Shown here: one piece after another, positions 1 through 10,640 of the stretch
Layout of the letters: each line of letters opens with the position of its first letter
Numbering within the stretch: position 1 is the stretch's first letter
Source of the DNA: Chiloscyllium plagiosum
Taxonomy: Eukaryota
Direction: 5' to 3'
Length of the DNA stretch: 64,000 bases
Assembly: GCF_004010195.1 (NCBI RefSeq)
Contig: NC_057760.1
Coordinates: 4,128,104-4,192,103, forward strand
Made by a program: the position numbers and the translations under genes
Notes under the pieces: generated by a model
What the model was told of the DNA's origin: nothing
What the model saw: only the letters and a program-made list of their open reading frames with translations
Databases searched by the model: none

Positions 1-60
1 GTATGATCGGGAGGGGGTGGGGGGAGAGGGAAAGGGGGGGTGGGGTGACAGGGGACGGAG

Positions 61-148
61 GCGAACCTCCCCATGACCGGACGAACCTCCCCATGACCGG
101 GCGAACCTCCCCATGACCGGGCGAACCTCCCCATGACCGGGCGAACCT
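61..148. repeat. 20-bp minisatellite (GCGAACCTCCCCATGACCGG) x ~4.4, preceded by a G-run tract (11-55)
   Basis: Four nearly identical units at 61, 81, 101 and 121 (one G>A) plus a partial unit at 141-148. Lies upstream of the first SNAPIN exon seen, presumably intronic. Confidence 0.95.
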
Positions 149-176
149 GTAAAACCAGGGATCTCTGAAAGATTAT

Positions 177-400
177 GAAACCAAAAGCGAAAATGCTGGA
201 AAGTCTCAGCAGGTCTGGCAGCATCTGTAAGGAGAGAAAAGAGCTGACGTTTCGAATCTATAACAGCTTTGACAAAGGGTCAGTTAGATTCTAAACGTCA
301 GCTGTTTTCTCTCCTTACAGATGCTGCCAGACCTGCTGAGACTTTCCAGCATTTTCTCTTTTGGTTTCAGATTCCAGCATCTGCAGTAATTTGTTTTTAT
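177..400. mobile_element. Palindromic PLE-3'-end-derived short element with a degenerate hammerhead motif
   Basis: GAAACCAAAAGCGAAAATGCTGGAAAGTCTCAGCAGGTCTGGCAGCATCTG... is the reverse complement of ...CAGATGCTGCCAGACCTGCTGAGACTTTCCAGCATTTTCTCTTTTGGTTTC. The centre reads AGCT-TTGACAA-AGGGTC-AGTTA-GATTC-TAAACGTC-AGCT, a decayed CTGANGA...GAAACGTC core. Confidence 0.8.
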
Positions 401-1207
401 CTGAACGATTTGGGTTATGGTATGAACACTGTGCACTGTTTTTATAAGCCTTTATTTTAATTTTATGCTGTCCCTTATCTCCTCAGATGTCCTTGATTTT
501 TTTGAGGTGAAATATTTCCTCATGATGGGTTCCAGCTGCCCCTGAATAGCATCAAATGTTTATTAGAATACCCTCGCTGTGTGCCTCTGTTTTACCTTCC
601 AGCAGAGCTCCTAGATTACTGCAGACAGTCTCTGCTTCATCCTATTAAACTCTACCTTACTTAAATCTAGAAATCTAGTGTCTGACTTCTGCTTGTTTCT
701 TTGATCATTTTATGATCACTTTGTCCTGGGTGGTAGGTGGCAGAGGGCAAGAGATGCAGAGAATGTCTGAGGGAGGGAAACGTGACACACACTAAAACAG
801 TTCTGAACTCAGCCAAGGAACTTCGGCCCAGCCCTCAATCATGGGTTGATTCGGGTTCACTTTCTAGATTTAAGTTGTGCTGAAGTGAAATCCCCTGATA
901 AAATTCTGATCTGCTTTGGATAGCCAAGTTCCTGACCTGACTTGATCAGCAACAGCCGGGCTCAGTTCCTGGCTAAGTAAGACAACAATGCAAGTTACTG
1001 TTCTGAATGAGCTACTTCCAAATTTTGTCATAGTGAAAACCTTAGCACCCACTGTGGGTGAACAAACTGAAAACTTCATTCTGCTTTCACAGTTCACACT
1101 TTGATTAATTGTTGTTGATATGTTCACAATGAGAAGGTTGTTTCTGAGTTGGAATATGTTTGAAGCCAGTGTTTGTTTTGGTGTTTTTTTTTCTTTTATC
1201 TGTTCAG

Positions 1208-1326
1208 AATTGTATAGGATTAATGAAGACCAGAAAGTGTCACTTGACCTGGACCCATATGTTAAAAAGTTGCTGAATGCCCGGCGGAGAGTGGTGCTTG
1301 TGAACAACATCTTACAGAATGCCCAG
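1208..1326 (+). CDS. SNAPIN: SNAPIN (BLOC-1/BORC subunit) penultimate coding exon, 119 bp
   Basis: Polypyrimidine tract plus TTCAG acceptor (AG 1206-1207), donor CAG|GTAAGA at 1327. Encodes (E)LYRINEDQKVSLDLDPYVKKLLNARRRVVLVNNILQNAQ, nearly identical to human SNAPIN ELCRINEDQKVALDLDPYVKKLLNARRRVVLVNNILQNAQ. Confidence 0.97.
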
Positions 1327-1595
1327 GTAAGACCAGCTGGTGGTGTCACCTGAACCTTTACAGTCAGTGAGAGTTGGCAGGTTTGTAAACTTCCGTTAGA
1401 TGCAGAAAGTTTCAGTGAGCGGACCGGTGATTAGTTTGAAGAAACTTGGGAATGGGAGATTGTTGAACGGTTTGTCTTTTAGCCTGGGATTGCAGGAAAT
1501 TGTCTCTGGAAGAATTGTCTGGAGGAAAACTCCTGTTTTATTACCTTTCCCAGAAATATGCGTTGTCTTACAAGTTGTCTTTTAACAATTCCTAG

Positions 1596-1697
1596 GAACG
1601 ACTGAGACGGTTAAACCACAATGTCGCAAAGGAAACAGCTCGTCGTAAAGCCTTGCTGGAGTCTGGATTACTACTTCCTGGTTCTCCAAGCAAATGA
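1596..1697 (+). CDS. SNAPIN: SNAPIN last coding exon, 102 bp
   Basis: Acceptor TTCCTAG|GAA. Encodes ERLRRLNHNVAKETARRKALLESGLLLPGSPSK* (TGA 1695-1697), in phase with the previous exon and matching the human C-terminus ERLRRLNHSVAKETARRRAMLDSGIYPPGSPGK. Earlier exons were not found in the window. Confidence 0.97.
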   Translation, partial: ERLRRLNHNVAKETARRKALLESGLLLPGSPSK

Positions 1698-1919
1698 AGA
1701 CAGCTTGTGAAAATCCAAATGACCACAAACTGCTACCATTAGTGAAGATGCATTGACCTGTATATCGATTCACTCAGCTGTGATGCTTGAAGCATACAAA
1801 CCAAGATTTAATTGATAGCTTATTTGGAGTGGAAGTGGGTAAAGGTTCAAACGTATCACAATAGTGTACAGTTCCTAATCTCAGTTATCGATCACAGAGG
1901 CCTCATTTGGTACAACCAT

Positions 1920-1925
1920 AATAAA
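1920..1925 (+). terminator. Candidate polyadenylation signal for SNAPIN
   Basis: AATAAA ~220 bp after the stop codon, followed ~15-25 nt later by a GT-rich tract (GTCTGTTCTGTTTGG). Confidence 0.6.
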
Positions 1926-2661
1926 CTTCATCTGAGGTCTGTTCTGTTTGGACAAAGTTGAATTATGGAATTATAAGACCACTGCATTGAGCTTAAATAT
2001 AACATGCACTGAAGTTTATCAAATGCTCACTTACTGTGAGTAATGTCACACTTGTCAGGGGAGAAAGATTTAATTTTTGCAGCTTTTACATGTGACACTT
2101 CTTGCTTATTAATGTCCAAGTGAATATGGAGCTCTCTCCTTTCCAAGTGACTGCCCTGATACAATGCTACAATGCTGATTACAAACTGTATTTAAAAGAC
2201 TTCCTTAATGTTAATCCAAGCAATACTGATTCTGTTTGATTGTAACTGAGCTTGACTCATATTTGACCATTTCTCCGGCAAGAACCAGTTCACAAATTGG
2301 TAATATAGTCTGTCCTGTTACACAACCTGCATTTTGAGGTTATGATTATGTTCATTTTGGCTCTTCTACATTGGATATGTTATAACTGGTCATGATGTCC
2401 TTATGACGTACTTCATGGAGTGAACATTCTAAATTTTAATTATGGACTGAGTCAGGAAAAATTAGAATTCTGGATTCAACATGTCTTTACTTGGTTTCTT
2501 CTCAACATCCTGGTTTTCATCTGCAGTCATAATTTTGGCAGCACCTCAATCAATTATGTAAAAAGAGCAAAGGTTAGTTTGTTTCCAAATCTTGACTAGA
2601 GTTTGCGTCAAAGCACACAAATAAGAAGATAGGAACTAAGACCCGGGATAGATCATTCGCT

Positions 2662-2878
2662 TGTTGAGTGTGTTGCTGGAAAAGCACAGCAGGTCAGGCA
2701 GCATCCAAGGAACAGGAAAATCGACGTTTCAAACCGGAGCCCTTCATCAGGAATGTTTCATGATGATGAAGGTCTCCGGCCCGAAGCGTCGATTCGCCTG
2801 CTCCTCGGATGCTGTCTGACCTGCTGTGCTTTTCCAGTAACACCCCCTCATCTCTGATCTCCAGCATCTGCAGACCTT
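2662..2878. mobile_element. Palindromic PLE-3'-end-derived short element with back-to-back hammerhead motifs
   Basis: Arm GTGTTGCTGGAAAAGCACAGCAGGTCAGGCAGCATCC is inverted relative to GGATGCTGTCTGACCTGCTGTGCTTTTCCAGTAACAC. Minus-strand core (~2720-2755) is CTGATGA-A-GGGC-TCCG-GTTT-GAAACGTC; the plus-strand copy is decayed. Confidence 0.85.
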
Positions 2879-4232
2879 CTAGATCATTTGCCTCCTGAGG
2901 CTACTGTCCCATGAAATGGCCTTTCTATCTCAGCTACGTTTTTATAGTTGCATAAAATATGTTATCACCATGCTTTTTTGGATATTCTGAGCTTGATAAT
3001 AACTGTCATTTCTGTTGGAGACATCTGCCTTTGTTTGCAACCCTTTCAATGTAAGTTTATCTCAGTTGGAGAAAATCTACAAGATTCTGAAGTGATTTCA
3101 GGGAGTTCGGTTGGAAGCTAAAAAGCAGGATGAGCAGAGTAGCAATCTCAGGCTTGCTACTGGTGCCACGGGCAAGTGAGGTGAGGAATAGCAGGGCTTG
3201 TGTGGGAAGGAGCGCTTCAGATAAGTTGATCTTTGGGGGTACCCTCTGGGGAAGGTGGGACCAGTACACGAAGAACAGGTTGTACTTAAACTGGAGAGGC
3301 ACCAATATCCTGGATAGGAGATTTGCTGGGGCACTTTGGGAGGGTTTAAACTCATTTGGCAGGGGATGGCAACCAGAACTACAGATCTGAGGAAAGAGTA
3401 GTTGGTGAACGGGCAAAAATAGAATGCAGAGAGTGTGTCAGGAAGGACACAGTTGGTAGAGCAAATGAGTGGATTAAATTGTTTGTTTCAATGCAAGGAC
3501 GGTCGGGAATAAGAATTATGAACTTAAAGCATGGATCAGTACTTGGAACTACGTAATTGTGGCCATAACTGAGACATGGATTTCACAGGGGCAAGAATGG
3601 TTACTGGATTTCCAGGGTTTAGAATGTTTAAAAAGAACAGGGAGGGTAGTAAAAGAGTAGGGGGAGTAGTATTGTTAATTAGAGAGGGCATCACAGCTGC
3701 AGAGGTTGTTGAGAGGGCTTGTCTACTGAGGATGGATGGAAGACAGGAAAGGAGCAGTCACTATTGGGTGCTATCTATAGACCACCCAATAGCAGCAGAG
3801 AGATGGAAGAACAGGTTGAACAGCTGATCTTGGAAAGGTGCAGATGTAACAGAATTGTTGTTATGGGTGACTTTAACTTGCCCAATATTGATTGAAACTT
3901 CCTTACAGCAGATGATCTGGATGCAGCTGGTTTTGTCAGGTGTGTTCAGGTAGGATTCCTGACTCAATATGTAGGCAGGCTGACTAGAGGGAGGCCACAT
4001 TGGATTTGGTGTTAGGCAACGAGCCAGGCCAGGTGTCAGATCTCTCAGTGGGAGAGCATTTCGATGACGGTGACCATAACTGCCTCACCTTTACCATAGC
4101 CATGGAAAGGGATAGGAACAGACAGTATGGGAAGGTATTTAATTGGGGGAGGGGAAATTATACATCTGTTAGATCGGAGCTGTGGAGCATAAATTGTGGA
4201 CAGCTGTGAGATGGGAAAGACACAACAGAAAT

Positions 4233-5262
4233 CGAGTCATAGAAATGTACAGCATAGAAACAGACCCTTCGGTCCAACCTGTCCAGGCCGACCAGATATC
4301 CCAACTCAATCTAGTCCCACCTGCCAGCACCCAGGCCATATCCCTCACACCCTTCCTATTCATATACCCATCCAAAGGCCTCTTAAATGTTGCAATTGTA
4401 CCAGCCTGCACCACATCCTCTGGCAGCTCATTCCATACACGTACCACCCTCTGTGTGAAAAGGTGCCCCTTAGGTCTCTTTTATATCTTTCCCCTCTCAC
4501 CCTAAACCTATGCCCTCTAGTTATGGACTCCCCNNNNNNNNNNNNNNNNNNNNNNNNNNNNNNNNNNNNNNNNNNNNNNNNNNNNNNNNNNNNNNNNNNN
4601 NNNNCCTTCTTCATTATCCTATCTACCTGCGACTCCACTTTCAAGGAGCTATGAACCTGCACTCCAAGGTCTCTTTGTTCAGCAATACTCCCTAGGACCT
4701 TACCATTAAGTGTATAAGTCCTGCTAAGATTTGTTTTCCCAAAATGCAGCATCTCTCATTTATCTGAATTAATCTGCCACTTCTCAGCCCATTGGCACAT
4801 CTGATCAAGATCCTGTTGTAATCTGAGGTAACCCTCTTTGCTAGACCTCCAATTTTGGTGTCATCTGCAAACGTACTAACTGTACCTCTTATGCTCGCAT
4901 CCAAATCATTTATGTAAATGACAAAAATTAGAGGGCCCAGCACCGATTCTTGTGGCACTCCACTGGTCACAGGCCTCCAGTCTGAAAAACAACCCTCCAC
5001 AACCATCACCCCTGCTGTCTTCTACCTTTGAGCCAGTTCTGTATCCAAATGCTAGTTCCCCCTGTGTTCCATGAGATTTAACCTTGCTAATCAGTCTCCC
5101 ATGGGGAACGTTGTCAAACGCCTTACTGAAGTCCATTTGGATCACATCTACTGCTCTGCCCTCATCAATCTTCTTTGTTACTTCTTCAAAAAACTCAATC
5201 AAGTTTGTGAGACATAATTTCCCACGCACAAAGCCATGTTGACTATCCCAAATCAGTCCTTG
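4233..5262 (-). mobile_element. 5'-truncated CR1 LINE nested in the + strand CR1
   Basis: Minus-strand ORFs SQHGFVRGKLCLTNLIEFF...DFSKAFD and [10 protein letters not shown]...FADDTK. The 3' tail ends at ~4233. Confidence 0.92.
4534..4605. other. Assembly gap (72 N)
   Basis: Run of N. Confidence 1.
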
Positions 5263-6340
5263 TGGGGACTGTTTTAAGGAGCACTTGAGTGTTGGATAAC
5301 TTTGTCCCAATGAGACAGGCAAGGAATGGTCAGGTGAAGGAGCCTTGGATGACAAGAACAGAGGAACTTCTTGTCAAGAGGAAGGAGGAAGCTTGCTTAA
5401 GGTTGAAGCAGCAAGGATCTGGCACAGCTTTAGAGGGTTACAGGGTAGCTAGGAAAGAACTCAAAACTGGAATTAGGAGGGGACGTGAAAAAACCTTGGC
5501 AGAAAGGATTACGGAAAACCCAAAGGCATTCTACACATGTAAGGAATAAGAGAATGTTCAGCGAGAGGGCAGGGATGGTGGAGGGAACTTGTGCTTTGAG
5601 TCTGAAGAGGTAGAGGATGCCCTAAATGAATTTTTTTTTTGCTTCAGTATTCACTAGAGAGAGGGACCTTGTTGATAGTGAGAACACTGGGGTCCAGACT
5701 TGAACAGATTGATATTAAGGAAGTAGATGAGCTGGAAATTCTGGGAAGCTTCAAGATAGATAAGTCCCCAGGGCCAGACTAGATATTTCCAAGGTTACCA
5801 CGCAAAACGAGGAATGAGATTGAAGGGCCTCTGGCGATGATCTTTGCATCCTCACTCTCCATGGGCGTAGTACTAGATGATTGGAGGGAGGTGAATATTG
5901 GTCCTCTGTTCATTAAAAGGAATAGAGAAGTCCCTGGGAATTACAGACCAGTCAGTCTTAGGTCTGTGGTAAGCAAGGTACTGGAAAAGATTCTGAGAGA
6001 TAGGATTTATGATGATTTGGAAAAATGTAGTTTGATTAAAGATAGTCAGCATGGCTTTGTGAGGGGCAGGTCATGTCTTACAAGCCTTATTGAGTTCTTT
6101 GAGAATATGATGAGACAACTGATGGAAGTCAAGCAGTGGATGTGCTGTACTTGGATATCAGTAAGGCATTCGATCGGGTTCCCCATGGTAGGCTCATTCA
6201 GAAAGTTAGGAGGTATGCGATACAGAATTGGCTGGCCGAAAGAAGACAGCAGGTGGTAATGGATGGAAAGTATTCTGCCTGGAGGTTAGTGAACAATAGT
6301 GTCCCGCAGGATTCTCTTCTTGGGTCTCTGCTCTTTGTAG

Positions 6341-6565
6341 ATGGAAATGTGTTGCTGGAAAAACGCAGCAGGTCAGGCAGCATCTAGGGAACAGGAGAAT
6401 CGACGTTTCGGGCATTAGCCCTTCTTCAGGAAGGGCTTTCCTGAAGAAGTGCTAATGCCCGAAACGTCGATTCTCCTGTTCCCTAGATGTTGCCTGACCT
6501 GCTGCGTTTTTCCAGCAACACATTTCCATCTCTGATCTCCAGCATCTGCAGACCTCACTTTCTCC
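6341..6565. mobile_element. Palindromic ORF-less PLE-derived insertion with two hammerhead motifs and a 16-bp TSD
   Basis: Near-perfect ~95-bp inverted arms centred at ~6436. Flanked by TCTCTGCTCTTTGTAG at 6325-6340 and 6566-6581. Confidence 0.92.
6399..6432 (-). ncRNA. Minimal hammerhead ribozyme motif
   Basis: Minus strand reads TTC-CTGAAGA-A-GGGC-TAAT-GCCC-GAAAC-GTC-GAT: intact core, 4-bp stem II, palindromic ACGT helix III. A mirror copy on + at ~6438-6470 has one stem II mismatch. Confidence 0.7.
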
Positions 6566-7427
6566 TCTCTGCTCTTTGTAGTTGGATGAGGAAGTAGAAG
6601 GCTGGGTTACTAAGTTTGCTGATGATACAAAGGTCGGTGTGTTGTAGATAGTGTTGAGGGCTGTTGCAGGATCCTACGTGACAGACAGGATGCAGAGCTG
6701 GGCTGAAAAGTGGCAGATGGATTTCAATCTAGATAAATACAAAGTGATTTATTTGGAAAGTCAAAATAGAATGCTGAATACATGATTAAAGACTGGATTC
6801 TTGGTAGTGTGGAGGGAGAGGGATCTTGGGGTCCAAATACATCCCTGAAATTTGTCACCCAAGTTGATAGGGCTGTTAAGAAAGCGTGTGGTGTTTTGGT
6901 TTTCATTAACAGGGAGATTGAATGAGTTTAAGAACCATGAGGTTATGCTGGAGCTCTATAAAGCCCTGCTTAGACCACACTTGGAATATTGTTTCCAGTT
7001 CTGGTTACCTCATTATAGGAAGGATATAAATGCTTTAGAGAGGGTGCAGAGAAGGTTTACCAGGATGCTGCCTGGATTGGAGGGCTTGTCTTATAAAGCC
7101 AGGTTGAGTGAACTTGGGCTTTTCACACCAGAGAGAAGAAAGACAGATGACTTGATAGAGGTGTACAAAGTAATGGGAGGCATAGATAGATAGCCAGAGA
7201 CTTTTCCCCAGGGAAGAAATGGCTGTCACGAGGGGTCATACTTTTAAGGTGATTGGAAGAAGATATAGGGGAGATGTCAGAGGGAGATTCTTTACACAGA
7301 GCAGTGGGTGCATGGAATACACTGTCAGCGGTGGTAGTAGATTCAGAGACATTAGGGACATTTAAACGACTGCTGGACAAGCACATGGACGGCGGTAAAT
7401 TGAGGCATGTTTAGGTTGACCTTAGAT

Positions 7428-7598
7428 TCCTAAGCTGCACATCTTTGAACTGTGGGAGGAAACCGGAGCACTCGGAGGAAACCCATGCAGGTACCCACTG
7501 CAGAATGTACAAACTCCACGCAGACAGTCGCCCAAGGCTGGAAATGAGCCCATGTCCCTGGTGCTGTGAGGCCACAGTGCTAACCACTGAGCCACCCC
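7428..7598 (-). mobile_element. V-SINE (HE1-like), 5' part
   Basis: Minus strand begins GGGGTGGCTCAGTGGTTAGCACTG (tRNA A box), followed by the V-domain-like GGGTTTCCTCCGAGTGCTCCGGTTTCCTCCCACAG. Confidence 0.88.
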
Positions 7599-7599
7599 G

Positions 7600-7895
7600 A
7601 TGGTTATGGTTAGGGTCAGGGTCAGGCTTAAGGTTTGTGTCACCTGTCATAAGGTAAGGGCTAGGGTCAGAGTTATCTGCAATATGGTTAGGGTTACCTC
7701 TAATAGAGTAAGGGTATCTGTGATAGGGTTAGGATCACCTGCAATTGGGTGAGGGTGGGTTGGGTTAGGGTTACTGTCAGAGGCAGTGTTGTATCAGGGT
7801 CTGGATTACCTGTGATAGGATTAGGGCTATAGGTTCAGGGTCCTGATAGGGTGAGGGGTTTGGATTTAGGGGTTCGGGCGATAAGGTTAGGGTGG
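7600..7895 (+). repeat. Degenerate TTAGGG-like (interstitial telomere-like) tract
   Basis: Dense GGGTTA, GGGTCA, GGGTGA and GGGCTA variants interleaved with a recurring TTACCTGTGATA-like spacer. Confidence 0.65.
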
Positions 7896-7927
7896 CCCGA
7901 GAACTATATCTAGCTCCTTCTTTAAAA

Positions 7928-8430
7928 CAGAGCTGAAAATGTGTTGCTGGAAAAGCACAGCAGGTCAGGCAGCATCCAAGGAGCAGAAGAATCGACGTTT
8001 CGGACATGAGCCCTTCTTCAGGAATGAGGTAAGTGTGCCCAGTAGGCTAAGATAAAAGGTAGGGAGGAGGAACTTGGGGGAGGGGCGTTGGAAATGCGAT
8101 AGGTGGAAGGAGGTTAAGGTGAGGGTGATAGGCTGGAGTGGGGGTGGGCGCGGAGAGGTCAGGAAGAAGATTGCAGGTTAGGAAGGTGGTGCTGAGTTTG
8201 AGGGTTGGGACTGAGACAAGGTGGGGGGAGGGGAAATGAGGAAACTGGAGAAATCTGAGTTCAGCGTGCGGAGGGAGATCGGCGTGGGGGCGGGGCTAGG
8301 CGTGCTGACGGTGATCGGCGTGGGGGCGGGGTTAGGCGTGGTGACGGAGATCGGCGTGGATGGCGGAAACGCATGCGCCGTGGTCGTTGTGCAGGTTAGT
8401 GATGTCACTGGGGGCGCCACGACAACCCAG
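7928..8430 (-). mobile_element. Penelope-like element fragment: 3' end with hammerhead joined to a CpG-rich Pro/Thr-coding segment
   Basis: 7928-8262 is nearly identical to the 3' end of the GIY-YIG element at 37281-37640 (NSDFSSFLISPPP...). Hammerhead on - at ~7991-8026 (CTGAAGA-A-GGGC-TCAT-GTCC-GAAACGTC). Confidence 0.85.
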
Positions 8431-10640
8431 TTCCTTCTTTATTAAGGTCTCAACCACGTTCCGGGGCAAAGAATTCCACTGGCTCACCATTCTCTGGGTA
8501 AAGATGTTTCTCTTCAGTTCAGTACTAAATAGCATATCCCATATTCTTGCACTGTGTCCCTGAGCTCTGAGGTACCTCAGTCATTTACCTTTTATGGTGC
8601 TGATATAATGTTGTAGGTTTCTATGAGATTTGCAGCTCATTGTTTTGAACTCCAATGAATATTGTCCAAACTGATCCAGTGTTTCTTCAAACAGTGGTCA
8701 TTCTCAAATTTCCAGATTGTGTCAATCCTGGGTTGTGGTAAAGTTCTTCCCAAGTTCGAGATTGATTCTTTTCACCAAATATCAGTCACTTTTCCTTTTC
8801 ACGAAACCATAGTGCCTCTCTTGCTTACTGTACCTATCTGGAAGCATTTTTGTTAAGTATTTTGAATGGTTTATTTCGCTGTTACCTTTTTTTTAGCAGT
8901 ACCGTGTCTTTCAGTCGTACATTCGAAAAACATTGGGTTATAGCGGACAGATGTTGCCCTTGAGCCCACCTATTTTGCCCTCACCTACCTACGCCAATCT
9001 CTGTATGTGTACATCCGAAGATATAGTAACATATTCAGTGAAAGAAAATATCTGACTTACAGAGATTCTAGATTGTCAGACTGCCTTATAGTCGGATGAG
9101 TCTCTCCTGGCAATAACTGACAATGTATCATTTGTCCTCATCAGTGTTTCTTTGACCATTATGTTCACTTTCTGAGACCCAGGCAATAATATTTCATAAT
9201 GCTTCATCATTTCAAACCAAAACATTCTGTTTTTATATTTATGTGTGTCGTCTGCAAACACAAATTGCATTTCAACAGATTATATTCTATCCGTCAACGT
9301 TTTAAATATATTTCACATGAACCAGATGCACAGTAAATCATGTGATAAGATGTAGTGAACTCTGCTACACCTATGACATTCATGTTGCAATGCCATAATA
9401 CCGAACAGAAAACTGTCGTCTCTCAGAGACAAATCCTCATTGGGTCTGGAAGAATGGACTGGACAAGGAACGGGGATTTTAGTCTATCACTGAGTCAGTG
9501 TGGAAATCTCTATCACAAACGGGCAGAGATCTCTGTTACGTTATCTTCCATCTGCTAATTACTTGATATCTCAGTGAAGCTGTCCATATCGGTTTACTGC
9601 CACTATGAATGATTCATCACCATCTGCTACTTTGCAGCTCGTATGTCTCTCAGTGTCAGAAACTGTACATGTGCCCTGTCTATGTGATGTTTTCTTTCTC
9701 AGCTCTTTGTCTCACTCACTGTACTCTCATTTTCTCATGCATCACTCACTTTCTCACTCATCCATCCTCTGTCAGTTGACCCCACTCTCTTTTATTCAAC
9801 TCTTTTTGCACAATCTCTCACTCACTTTCTTTTCATCCACTCATGCTCAAGGGACTCTCTTGCCTCTCCAACTAGCATAATTCTCTCTCTCCCTCTCTCT
9901 CACTTCCCTCCATCCCCACTCTCACACAAACACACGACACTTTGCTTTCTCTCTGATCATCCCTCCCGTGATCACTTCTCGTTTGCTTGCCTATGTTGCT
10001 CTTTTCATCACCATTAGTTTTAGGGTGGGGGCACCCTGTGGGGGGCGACGTGGTGGTGGTCAGAACAAGAGAGTACGATAAGTGGAATGCCAGCACACAA
10101 GCATCAAGTTCCTCTGCAGACCAATCAACATGATAAACTTTCTTATTTTAGAACATTAAGAATCATAAAACAGATGAATTATTTTTCAAAGAAATCAATA
10201 AGAAATGTTGGTTTCAAACTCATAGGGAGTTCTGAGGAGAAACAAGCAAAATCTCACCCACAGAATTTGTTTTGGTGGATAACGAGAGCTAGGGAGGTGA
10301 AGGCAATTGCTGAGATGAGAAGGTTATTGAGGCCAGATGATGTCACAGAGAAATGCAGGGGTCTTTTATCCTTTGTATTCTTCCTGGAATGTGATGGCCA
10401 GAATTGCACACAGTTCATCTGCTGTGGCCTCACCAAAGTTCTGAACAGCTCCAAAATAACCTCCCATCCATTATAGTCCACGCCAAGACTGATAAAGGCA
10501 AACGTCCCCTTTGCCTGCTTAACCTCACTGTCACAATCAGAGATCTATGGACAAGCGTTTCCGATACTTTAGAATAAACATGAAATGATGGTTTTTAATG
10601 AGTAAAATCATAGCTCTGATTGCAGGTCAGCTTAATTTGT

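Larger units (their letters stand above)
3060..7425 (+). mobile_element. CR1 LINE, degenerate (ORF1 end, APE endonuclease, RT, 3' end), interrupted by younger insertions
   Basis: Fragments RLYLNWRGTNIL (ORF1 esterase end), DLVLGNEPGQV, NYRPVSL...SQHGFVRGRSCLT and HLEYCFQFW...[15 protein letters not shown], with many frameshifts. Confidence 0.92.

Noticed and set aside
61..148. CRISPR-like repeat array
   Set aside because: Units are directly adjacent with no spacers, the context is eukaryotic, and there are no cas genes.
1120..1207. N-terminal part of ORF 1120-1353 as SNAPIN coding sequence
   Set aside because: It is the intronic polypyrimidine tract; homology starts only at the acceptor (1208).
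870..1349. 159-aa minus-strand ORF
   Set aside because: Antisense to the SNAPIN exon and intron, non-ATG start, no recognisable domain.
6341..6565. MITE or pre-miRNA interpretation of the palindromes
   Set aside because: The arms match the 3' end of a GIY-YIG retroelement in this window, and related insertions have long TSDs of variable length (11-16 bp), which fits retrotransposition.
9061..9270. Minus-strand exon-like segment (TTTGCAG|ACGAC... to ...CTCT|GTAAGT) with FADDT
   Set aside because: The open frame has a stop before the donor, no protein family is recognised, and FADDT lacks any surrounding RT context.
9640..10000. ORF 9605-9880 and CT-rich tract
   Set aside because: Decayed (CT/CA)n low-complexity sequence, not coding.
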